NCBI GenBank assembly: GCA_040902005.1
Contig: JBBDYA010000036.1
Location: 1-31,083, forward strand
Direction: 5' to 3'
Source: Gemmatimonadaceae bacterium
GTDB taxonomy: Bacteria; Gemmatimonadota; Gemmatimonadetes; Gemmatimonadales; Gemmatimonadaceae
DNA: 31,083 nucleotides
The first letter of the stretch is position 1; every line of letters begins with the position of its first letter. Positions 7,678 through 15,712 of the stretch are shown piece after piece. A model generated the notes under the pieces. That model ran no database searches, was not told the origin of the DNA, and saw only the letters and a list, made by a program, of their open reading frames with translations. A program made the translations under genes and the position numbers.

Positions 7678-8385
7678 ATGTTGGCGAAGCACAAGCAGCC
7701 GATCGAGATGTACCAGCGGGCCCAGGACTTCCTGGGGAGTATCGCCCCCCCGCAGTCCGCGGCGTACGCCAGGCACAAGGAGTCGCTGGACGCGGTGGTC
7801 GCGAAGCTGGTGGAGTTCTCCAGCGAGCGCGCCGGCGGCCAGCGCCAGAGCCGGGCCGAGGTGATGCGGAACCGCACGCTGCGGCGTGAGCTGCGGGAGA
7901 AGCACATGGCGCCGCTGGCCCAGGTGGCGCGGGCGCTGCTGGGCGACGTGGAAGGAGTGGAGCGCACGCTCCGCGTTCCCTCGGCGAACCTGAGCACCAC
8001 GAAGCTGCTCGCCGAGGCGGAGGGCATGCGGAAGGAAGCCGCGGCCCTGGAGCAGCAGTTCATCGAGAACGGACGGCCGGCCGACTTCCTGGCGGCGTTC
8101 GACGCCGTGGTGAGCCAGCTGCGGAGGACGCAGTTGGGGAAGGCGCAGGGGGTGGGGCGCTCGGTGGGCGCGCGGACCGCGATCACGAAGGTGTTGCTCC
8201 AGGCGCGGAAGACGCTGGCGATCATCGACGTGATCATCCGGGAGAGCTACCGGGAGAACGCCGACCTGCTCGCCAAGTGGAAGCTCGCGAAGCGGGTGCA
8301 GCTGGTGCCGGGCGGCAGCTCGCCTGTCCCTGCGACTGGCGGTACGGCCGACGAGAACGTCGGCGAGGGATCGATCGCCGCCTAG
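7678..8385 (+). CDS. Hypothetical, predicted all-alpha basic protein (235 aa)
   Basis: Strong RBS AGGAGGAG before the ATG at 7678. High GC3 codon usage and amphipathic helical sequence. Confidence 0.85.
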   Translation: MLAKHKQPIEMYQRAQDFLGSIAPPQSAAYARHKESLDAVVAKLVEFSSERAGGQRQSRAEVMRNRTLRRELREKHMAPLAQVARALLGDVEGVERTLRVPSANLSTTKLLAEAEGMRKEAAALEQQFIENGRPADFLAAFDAVVSQLRRTQLGKAQGVGRSVGARTAITKVLLQARKTLAIIDVIIRESYRENADLLAKWKLAKRVQLVPGGSSPVPATGGTADENVGEGSIAA

Positions 8386-8453
8386 GGAAGCTCTGAAAAA
8401 CCGGGCTGGCTGCGAGGTGTTCCGGCCGGCGCGATCATAGTACCAACACTTGG
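8382..8453 (+). mobile_element. Solo left end of an IS5-like MITE at a CTAG site
   Basis: CTAGGGAAGCTCTGAAAAACCGGGCTGGCTGCGAGGTGTTCCGGCCGGCGCGATCATAGTACCAACACTTGG. Nearly identical to 10359-10431 (direct) and 10476-10547 (inverted). Confidence 0.75.
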
Positions 8454-8498
8454 TTCTTCCGGGAATTTCGGGAACCCTTCAGCGCGGAGGTCGTGGGT

Positions 8499-8720
8499 GG
8501 ATGGATCAGGCGGGCGGCTGTTTGGCGCGGATACAAGCCACGGAGGGGGCGGAAAGTGCAGCGGATCATGATTGCTGTTGTCCGCGGCGGTCGAGTCTCT
8601 TTCGCCACATCACCAAGGAAGTTGATCCGTTGATTCTTCCGTAACCTCCGTGGCTTGTATCCGCGCCAAACAGCCGCCCGCTTGATCCATCCCTCCGTGA
8701 CCTCCGTGCCCTCCGTGGTT
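8499..8720. repeat. Long inverted repeat (48-bp arms) followed by short CCTCCGTG tandem repeats; REP/MITE-like
   Basis: 8499-8546 and 8645-8692 are reverse complements with one mismatch. They are followed by CCTCCGTGA CCTCCGTGC CCTCCGTGG (8692-8718). Confidence 0.85.
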
Positions 8721-8768
8721 CGGACGCTGGACCCACCTTACGAGCCGCTAATGCGGCAGGAGGCAGGT

Positions 8769-8978
8769 ATGAAGAGAGGAGGCGGAGTGCACACGGTGCC
8801 GTCCGGCGAGGGGCGTGGCTGGTGGAACAAGGTGGACGGCGAGGTGCTGACGCGTCACCGGCTCAAGGAGGCGGCCGAGGCGACGGGCCGGGAGATCGCG
8901 ATCAAGCTGGGCGTGGAGCACAGCATCCACAATTCGGATGGTACGATCGAGGAGAGGAAATCCTACGGCCAGGCTTGA
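8769..8978 (+). CDS. DUF2188 family small protein
   Basis: RBS AGGAGG. VHTVPSGEGRGW...HRLKEAAEATGREIA...HSIHNSDGTIEERKSYG matches the DUF2188 pattern. Confidence 0.85.
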   Translation: MKRGGGVHTVPSGEGRGWWNKVDGEVLTRHRLKEAAEATGREIAIKLGVEHSIHNSDGTIEERKSYGQA

Positions 8979-9060
8979 CGCGGCCGAATGTCATAAAACT
9001 CATGCTTCGTGTCATGAAATGCTGCTTGACCGACATAACCGGTTGCAGCACAATCGCTCC

Positions 9061-10362
9061 ATGCCCGCCATGCGCTACCTGACGCTGCTCCTGGTCCTGC
9101 TGCTGTCCGTGGGCAGGGCCCCTCGCGCCATGTCCCAGGACGCGTCCGTCCCGCGCGTCAAGGACGACGCCGTCGGCTGCATCCGCGTTCGCGCCTCACC
9201 GCAGGCGGCGGCTGCCGAGCTGGGATGCGTGTACGCGGGCGCACAGTTGCGCCTCGTGGGCTCCGCCCCCTACTGGTGGCGCATCGAGACGCTCGACACC
9301 CCGCCCCGCGTCGGCTGGGTCGCCAAGAAGTTCATCCAGGAACCCACGGCCCCGCCTTCCACGGAGACCACCATCCGCGAGGACGCCTGGCTCGAGGTCC
9401 ACTTCGTGGACGTCGGCCAGGGGGACGCCATCTGGATCCGCACCTTCGACGACGGCATCGCCGGCAACCGACGCTACGACGGGCGCAACATCGTCATCGA
9501 CGGCGGCCCGGACGGCTCTGACGGAAGTAACGCCTTCCTGCGCTACCTCTACGCGCACGCGCACCAGGGCGCCGTCATCGACGCGATGATCCTCAGCCAC
9601 CCGCACGACGACCACTATCCGGGCGCCATCGGGCTGCTGCGCCACTTCGACGTCATGAGCTTTTACGACGGCGGCTTCCCGAAGACCGGCGTGAAGTACG
9701 CCAACTTCCGGTCCGTGGTGGACGGCAAGCGCGTCGGCGGCCAGCCCATCCGTCAGTACGCCGGGATGCAAAACTTCGCCACGCCCAACTGGGGTAGCGA
9801 GCTGCGTGCGGAATTCCTCTATGCCTGGCCCGGCGCTGGGCAGGACACCGCCCTGGGCTCCGCGAGTACGCTCGAGAACAACGCGTCGGTCGTGCTCAAG
9901 CTCACCTACGGCGACCACAGCTTTCTCTTCATGGGCGACGCCGAAGGCAAGGGACGCAACGATCCCGCCGACGAGCCTCGCTACGTGGAGCGCCGCCTCC
10001 TGGCCAATCCCGGTGCCGCCGCGCTGCGATCGACGGTGCTCAAGGTCGCGCACCACGGCAGCGAAACCTCCAGCACCCTGCCCTTCATCCGCGCCGTCGA
10101 TCCCCGCTACGTGGTCGTGATGTCCGGCCGCCGCAGCTACGGCGGCACGTACCTCCCCGACGCCAGCACCCTGGGGCGCTACTGCGCGCACAACCCCGAA
10201 ACAAGGATCCTCCGCACCGACCAGGACGACGAGCAGGAAGGCCGCACGGCGTCCACCGATGCTGACGGCGACCACATCGTCATCCGCACCAACGGCAAGG
10301 CCATGCTCGTGCAGGCGTACTCCGCCGGCGTGCAGATCACCCCAACCGCGTGCCGTCCCTAG
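9061..10362 (+). CDS. Secreted ComEC/Rec2-like metallo-beta-lactamase-fold hydrolase with N-terminal SH3b-like domain
   Basis: Signal peptide (MRYLTLLLVLLLSV) and SH3-like IRVRASP...WWRI...GWVAKKFI. MBL motifs VHFVDVGQGDA, LSHPHDDHY, NNASVVLKL, FLFMGDAE and LKVAHHGS. Confidence 0.9.
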   Translation: MPAMRYLTLLLVLLLSVGRAPRAMSQDASVPRVKDDAVGCIRVRASPQAAAAELGCVYAGAQLRLVGSAPYWWRIETLDTPPRVGWVAKKFIQEPTAPPSTETTIREDAWLEVHFVDVGQGDAIWIRTFDDGIAGNRRYDGRNIVIDGGPDGSDGSNAFLRYLYAHAHQGAVIDAMILSHPHDDHYPGAIGLLRHFDVMSFYDGGFPKTGVKYANFRSVVDGKRVGGQPIRQYAGMQNFATPNWGSELRAEFLYAWPGAGQDTALGSASTLENNASVVLKLTYGDHSFLFMGDAEGKGRNDPADEPRYVERRLLANPGAAALRSTVLKVAHHGSETSSTLPFIRAVDPRYVVVMSGRRSYGGTYLPDASTLGRYCAHNPETRILRTDQDDEQEGRTASTDADGDHIVIRTNGKAMLVQAYSAGVQITPTACRP

Positions 10363-10547
10363 GAAGCTTTGAAAAACCAAGGGCTAGCTGCGAGGTGTTC
10401 CGGCCGGCGCGATCATAGTACCAATACTTGGACGACCATGACACGAGCCCTACGTGTATGTTCACAGCGTTCTCGTCCAAGTATTGGTACTGGATCGCGC
10501 CGGCCGGAACACCTCGCAGCCAGCCCGATTTTTCAGAGCTTCCCTAG
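10359..10547. mobile_element. Complete non-autonomous IS5-like MITE (about 75-bp terminal inverted repeats, CTAG at both ends)
   Basis: 10359-10435 and 10473-10547 are imperfect reverse complements. CTAG at 10359-10362 and 10544-10547. No transposase ORF. Confidence 0.8.
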
Positions 10548-10574
10548 GGCGGCGGCGCATCAAGGAGAGCGCGT

Positions 10575-11141
10575 ATGAACCCCGAGGTCGCCTACTCATC
10601 GCTCCTGGAGACGAGCGCCATCGTCGGACAGGTCGTGTTGATCGCCATGCTGCTCGAGCGCGCCCTCGCCTTCCTGTTCGAGTACCACTGGTTCGAGGTG
10701 CTGAACAAGCGCGTACAGGGGCTGAAAGCCCCCATCGCTTATCTGCTCTCCCTGTTCATTAGTCGCATGTACGGGCTGGACGTCATGGCCGAGATCTTCC
10801 GGCAGGAGGGCGAGCCGGTGGTGGTGACCTGGATCGGGTCGTTCATCACGGCCGGCGTCATCGCCGGCGGCAGCGCCGGCGCGATCGTTCTCTTCCAGAA
10901 CTGGTTCAACTGGGGGCGGGAGTCGCGCAACGCGAGCATCGCGGCGAAGACCCAGACCGCGGAGGCGTTGAAAAAGGAAGCCGAGGCGCGGCACGCGCAC
11001 GCTGAGGCCGAGCGCATTGCATCGCTCACACGGAAGATCGCGAATACGGCGGAATTCGAGCAGTACAAGGCACAGATGATAAAGCAGTTGGGTGACGAGA
11101 AGTTCCATGCGTTGATGGGACCAGCAATGGGCGTGTCATGA
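10575..11141 (+). CDS. Membrane protein (3 predicted TM segments, AGGS motif) with C-terminal coiled-coil
   Basis: RBS AAGGAG. Hydrophobic segments, ITAGVIAGGSAGAIVLF, and an Ala/Glu/Lys-rich tail. Confidence 0.75.
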   Translation: MNPEVAYSSLLETSAIVGQVVLIAMLLERALAFLFEYHWFEVLNKRVQGLKAPIAYLLSLFISRMYGLDVMAEIFRQEGEPVVVTWIGSFITAGVIAGGSAGAIVLFQNWFNWGRESRNASIAAKTQTAEALKKEAEARHAHAEAERIASLTRKIANTAEFEQYKAQMIKQLGDEKFHALMGPAMGVS

Positions 11142-11798
11142 AGCGCCGCGCGGCGCGTGGCGGCCGAGCACCTCGCGCCAGGCGGTGAGACCGGCGTCAT
11201 ACTCGCGCCAGCCGGCGGACTGCGCCCGATTGCTGAGGCTTTGCTGACTGATGCCGAGCGTCTCCGCGACGATCTTCTTCGACCCGCGCGACCTGCGCAG
11301 CGCCGCGACGGCCGAGCGCTGCGTCTCCACCAGATGGTTCCAGTGCCAGGTGAGCAGGTCGCCCAGCGCCTGGAGCAGCGCGTCGTCACCACCGAAACCC
11401 GCGAAGCCGACGCCGTCGCGCGTCGCGCTCCGGATGGACTCCATGCGCGCGCGCGCGGCGTGCCACGCGGGACCGTCGGTGCCCAGCGCCGCGGGCCGGA
11501 GCTCCGTGGAGAGCATCCCGCGGCTGGCCACGAGCCGGAAGCCGATCCCGGGAATGTCCTCGCGCAGGTCCTGCACGATGTCCGGAAAGACGGCCGGGTC
11601 GTCGAGGATCCCCTGGAACTCGTCGCCGATCGTCACCAGGAAGTCGGCGAGCACCGCCGCGCGGTAGCGCGTGTTGATCGTTTGCATCGCCGCGTCCAGC
11701 TGACCTTGGAGCTCCGCGCGCCGCTGGGGCGGCAGCTGCCTCGAGGCGACCACGTCGCCGATGACGGCGATGACCGGCGTGGGGTGGGGGTTGGCCAT
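11136..11798 (-). CDS. satD: SatD family protein with C-terminal HTH
   Basis: IAVIGDVVASR...TIGDEFQGIL...DGPAWHAAR, followed by KIVAETLGISQQSLSNRAQSAGW. Confidence 0.88.
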   Translation of the reverse strand: MANPHPTPVIAVIGDVVASRQLPPQRRAELQGQLDAAMQTINTRYRAAVLADFLVTIGDEFQGILDDPAVFPDIVQDLREDIPGIGFRLVASRGMLSTELRPAALGTDGPAWHAARARMESIRSATRDGVGFAGFGGDDALLQALGDLLTWHWNHLVETQRSAVAALRRSRGSKKIVAETLGISQQSLSNRAQSAGWREYDAGLTAWREVLGRHAPRGAS

Positions 11799-11828
11799 AC
11801 TATAAGAAGGAGGTGGGGCGGCAGCCGG

Positions 11829-11892
11829 ATTACACGAAATAACGTGAAATTGACCGATTACACGATATTACGTGTAATGAGGCGGCTGTCAA
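11829..11892 (-). promoter_or_regulatory. satD promoter with two palindromic operators
   Basis: ATTACACG-N6-CGTGAAAT (11829-11850) and ATTACACG-N6-CGTGTAAT (11857-11878). Minus-strand TTGACA (11892-11887)-16 bp-TAATAT (11870-11865). Confidence 0.7.
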
Positions 11893-11951
11893 TACACGTT
11901 TTGCTGATGTGCATGGGAAGGGTCGACATTTTATACACGTCCTTACAATGC

Positions 11952-11977
11952 GTATAGAAAACCACCATTTTCTATAC
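11952..11977 (+). promoter_or_regulatory. Palindromic operator upstream of fic
   Basis: GTATAGAAAA-CCACCA-TTTTCTATAC is a perfect 10-bp inverted repeat, just after TACAAT (11944-11949). Confidence 0.65.
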
Positions 11978-12002
11978 ATGTCTCGCCCAGAGCCGGCTTT
12001 CG

Positions 12003-13100
12003 GTGGCTGAAGTCAGCGCCCTTTTCGGTCTCGATCCGACGCGGTTCGAAACCACGGACATCCTCAAGAAGGTGGGCTCGGCGGGACGCCAGCTCGCCGA
12101 GCTGAAGGGGGTTGCCGCCTCCATCCCCAACCAGGGGATCCTGGTCAACACGCTGGGGCTCCAGGAAGCCAAGGACAGCTCGGCGATCGAGAACATCGTC
12201 ACCACTCACGACGAGCTGTTCCGGGATGCCGCCTTCCCGGAGGCCGCTTCGAGTCCGGCGGCCAGGGAAGTACTGCGCTACCGGCAGGCATTGCACGTTG
12301 GATTCACCAACGTGGTGCGCCACCGCATGATCTCGACGAACCACATCATCGAGATGCAGCGGGAGCTCGAGCGCAACGAAGCCGGATTCCGCAAAGTGCC
12401 GGGAACGATGCTCAAGGACCAGGCGACGGGAAACGTCATCTACACGCCGCCGCAGGATCACGCCACGATCGTTGCGCTGATGTCGGATCTGGAGCGCTTC
12501 ATCAACGACCACACGCGTTTCGATGCCGATCCGCTGGTTCGAATGGCCATCATGCACCACCAGTTCGAGAGCATTCATCCGTTCTACGACGGGAACGGAC
12601 GCACCGGGCGAATACTCAACGTGCTCTACCTGGTGCTCAACGGCTTGCTCGACACTCCGGTGCTGTACATGAGCCGCCACATCGTGCGCACCAAGACGGA
12701 CTACTACCGCTTGCTCCAGGCGGTACGCGACGGCGACGCATGGGAGGAGTGGGTGTCGTACATTCTCACCGCGGTGGAGGAGACTGCGCGCGAAGGTATC
12801 GACACCGTCACCGCGATCCGCTCGGCGCTGCTCGCGCTCAAGCACCGCATCCGCGCGGATTACAAGTTCTACAGCCAGGACCTGATCAACAATCTCTTCG
12901 CCCACCCCTACACGAAGATCCAGTTCGTGATGAACGACCTCGGAGTGTCGCGCCTGACCGCGTCGCACTATCTCGAGGCGCTGACCGAGGGGGGGATACT
13001 CGAGAAGCGGAAGGTTGGCCGAACGAACTACTACATGAATCGGGCGCTGGTGGACATTCTCGCCGGCGAGAGCATGATCTCGGGAGAGGTCCCGCACTAG
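12003..13100 (+). CDS. fic: Fic family protein (adenylyltransferase) with Fic N-terminal domain and C-terminal winged HTH
   Basis: Canonical HPFYDGNGRTGR and inhibitory-helix-type SSAIENI. C-terminal DLGVSRLTASHYLEAL...KVGRTNYY. Confidence 0.93.
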   Translation: MAEVSALFGLDPTRFETTDILKKVGSAGRQLAELKGVAASIPNQGILVNTLGLQEAKDSSAIENIVTTHDELFRDAAFPEAASSPAAREVLRYRQALHVGFTNVVRHRMISTNHIIEMQRELERNEAGFRKVPGTMLKDQATGNVIYTPPQDHATIVALMSDLERFINDHTRFDADPLVRMAIMHHQFESIHPFYDGNGRTGRILNVLYLVLNGLLDTPVLYMSRHIVRTKTDYYRLLQAVRDGDAWEEWVSYILTAVEETAREGIDTVTAIRSALLALKHRIRADYKFYSQDLINNLFAHPYTKIQFVMNDLGVSRLTASHYLEALTEGGILEKRKVGRTNYYMNRALVDILAGESMISGEVPH

Positions 13101-13391
13101 TCAGGTGCGTTACAAATCGTGAGGTGACGGCCGTCAAAGCCGGCCAGTATGGCTCTGGACTCGGCCGGGCCGCCGAGCGTATGCTCGGCTACCACCAACG
13201 GAGGTCGCGATGTCGTTCACAAGCACGAGCGTCAGCCTGGGCGCTTCGACTGGCGGCCATAGCTGGTGGCGTGTTTGTCGTCCTGATGCTGGTGAGCGAC
13301 GTGTTGAGAAGATGAACGCCCGCACCATACGGTATCCGTGAGCATTGAAGGCTCTTTCCGGGACTTCCCGGAAGAACCCAGGTACGGTGTG

Positions 13392-14165
13392 CTACCGCCG
13401 ATCTCCGATCGTCCGCGCGCTCATGGAAGCGAGCGTGCCGTCCGCGTGCAGCCACTTCGCGTCGGTCACGTCGGGACCGATGCCCGGATAACCCTTCGCG
13501 TTCAGGCCGTGGCAGCTGAAGCACAGCGCTCCGCCCGACTTCCCCTCGAACACCTTCTTCCCCTCGGCCACGAGCGCGGCTGAAATCGTGTCGGCGGCCA
13601 CGGCCTGCACGCGGGCATCGGCTGCGGGGTGCGCGCCGGCGCCCGCGGTCACATAGCGCTGAAGAAATCCCACCGGCGTGTTCTGCTCGCCCAGCCGCAG
13701 CGACACAACCGGTGCGTTCGCGTCCACATAGTTCGCCAGCCCGGTAAACGCCCAACGTCCCAGGGGCCCCTGCGGCTGGAAGACCAATTCGCCAAGTGCG
13801 GGCCCGAACACCCGCACGCGATTGGTCGCCGCGCTGCCGCCCCCCCCCACGGATTCGCCGCCGGAGTAGCCCAAGGCGCCGAGTCGCAGCGGTCCCACGT
13901 CCTGGGAAAAGCGCAACGCGAAGGTCTTGTAGCCGTCCTGGTCGTACTGGCGGTCGGCGTTCGCCGTGTTCTCATCCGGAGAGAACTCGAAGCCGTTCGC
14001 GGCGAAGGTTTCGCCGAGGGGGGTGAGTCGCGGGATGGGCGAGTGGCACGAGGCGCAGCTCAGGCCGTATTTGCGGGCGAAGGCAGGGATCCCGGCCGAC
14101 GCCGTGTCGGCGCAGGTGGCGAGCGCGATGGCGATCGTGAGCGGAAGGGCCAATTCCCTGCGCAT
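13392..14165 (-). pseudogene. In-frame chimera of a Cyc2-like cytochrome-porin (mostly deleted) and a truncated c-type cytochrome
   Basis: Signal peptide plus IPAFARKYGLSCASCH...GETFAANGF, then short beta-strand fragments. Ends with GKKVFEG...CFSCHGLNAKGYPGIGPDVTDAKWLH, which stops before a complete cytochrome C-terminus. Confidence 0.6.
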
Positions 14166-14326
14166 GGCGTCTCCAGGAGAGGGGAGGTGCGGGCACACAG
14201 TTCAGGCCACGGAAATATGATCGCGGCTCGTGCGCGACACATGGGGGAAACGCCTTTATGGTGTAGGGCTTTCCTTCGGACGCGGGCTTTTGGGCTGGAG
14301 CGATGGTGGCTATTCGGGCGCTCCAA

Positions 14327-15712
14327 TCACAAGCGGAGATCCAGACCAAATATCAGCCGTCGGTGCTTGACGGTGGTCAGCACTCCTCCGCGCGGCTGTT
14401 GAGTCGGTACCCAGGCAGCCCCGATTGAAAGGCCGGCACTGCCGACCAGGTGGCCGATCGTTCCACCAACAATGAGCTGTTCCCCCGGCGTTCCCGGAAG
14501 GATGTTGGTGCCCACGAAGCCGCCCACTGGAGAGCGCTGCCATGGCTCCTTCCACCAAAAGCCGCGCATCTCGAGCGGCTTGGGCAAATTCACTACGATC
14601 GTGACGTACGTGCCGAAGGTGGTGTTGGTTCGCCCCTCGGTCAGGCGAAGATTCGCATCATAGGTCGGCACGCTCCCTCCAGTAACCACGCCGGCGAGAA
14701 CGCCGAGCTCGAAACTCCGCTTCTTGAGGTTCGCGACGTTGGCGTACACGCTTTCCAGCCGTTGAGCGCTGTCCGTGGGGGCGTACGCGAACCACTTGTT
14801 CGGCGGCGGCGACAATGACAATTGGACCTGTGCGTTCTCGATCAGACCCAGCCGCGCGAATCCGCCGAAAAGCGTGCGCGCGGTATCAGCGCCGATCGGG
14901 CGAAGCCAGATCGTTCGGGTGGAATCGATGACGGTAGGAGCGCTGGCTCCCACCTCCAAGCCGAATCCCTTGGCGAATGTCTTGATCAGATTGATGATCA
15001 CGGGGTCAGGCGGCACTGCCACCGTGCGACGCGTGAACCTGAGGTCCACCGTATCGATCTCCGCCCGAGTCAGCTCTGTCCTGGCCGCGAGCAGCGCCGC
15101 GGATGCCGCGCCGGACTTGGTGGCCGCGTCTGCCGCATCCAGCGCGGCCTTGTCAGCACGATCGCGCAGTGCCGCATCGCTGGGGTTGGCAATGCTGGCC
15201 TCACGGGTGTCGGCTATCCGCGTCAGCGATACCCGCGCGGCCGAATCCCACATCCCGGCTGCGATGGACTTCGCCACACTCTCCGCCTCGAGGCCCGCGA
15301 GCCGGATGTGTGACGCCGCGGTAAGCGACGCGGCAGCCTGCATCGGTCGCTCAGCGAATACCATGGCCCAGACGAAGCGCTTGTTGCGGAGCTGGGATCC
15401 ATAAACGCTGTCGGCCACGACGCACTGCCGCACGCCGCCTCTCTCGTCTATGTACACGATCCATGCGGGAAGCCCGGGCTGGTACTGGGTCAGTGCGAGC
15501 TTCAGGACCTCCTCCCACTTGCCGTTACGGAGAAGTCTCCGCAACGAGTCCGTGCTGACTGCGCTCAGTTGCCGCAACGAGTAGCTTGGCAGCGCGTCCC
15601 CTTTGAGCATACTGGGCTTGCCACCACAGTCGGTGAGCTGCGCGTTTGCATGACCCCAGGGCAACATCACGGCACCCGCGAGTACGGAAGCACGTAGCCA
15701 TTGATTCTTCAT
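14327..15712 (-). CDS. Secreted hypothetical protein (461 aa) with Ala-rich helical insert and beta-rich C-terminus
   Basis: True start MKNQWLRASVLAGAVMLPWGHANA at 15712 (ATGA overlap), a signal peptide. C-terminus LIFGLDLRL is an amphipathic strand. Confidence 0.75.
   Translation of the reverse strand: MKNQWLRASVLAGAVMLPWGHANAQLTDCGGKPSMLKGDALPSYSLRQLSAVSTDSLRRLLRNGKWEEVLKLALTQYQPGLPAWIVYIDERGGVRQCVVADSVYGSQLRNKRFVWAMVFAERPMQAAASLTAASHIRLAGLEAESVAKSIAAGMWDSAARVSLTRIADTREASIANPSDAALRDRADKAALDAADAATKSGAASAALLAARTELTRAEIDTVDLRFTRRTVAVPPDPVIINLIKTFAKGFGLEVGASAPTVIDSTRTIWLRPIGADTARTLFGGFARLGLIENAQVQLSLSPPPNKWFAYAPTDSAQRLESVYANVANLKKRSFELGVLAGVVTGGSVPTYDANLRLTEGRTNTTFGTYVTIVVNLPKPLEMRGFWWKEPWQRSPVGGFVGTNILPGTPGEQLIVGGTIGHLVGSAGLSIGAAWVPTQQPRGGVLTTVKHRRLIFGLDLRL

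Noticed and set aside
13181..13315. Possible 44-aa membrane peptide after fic
   Set aside because: It has a hydrophobic tail, but the best RBS (GGAGG) serves a different frame. Insufficient support.
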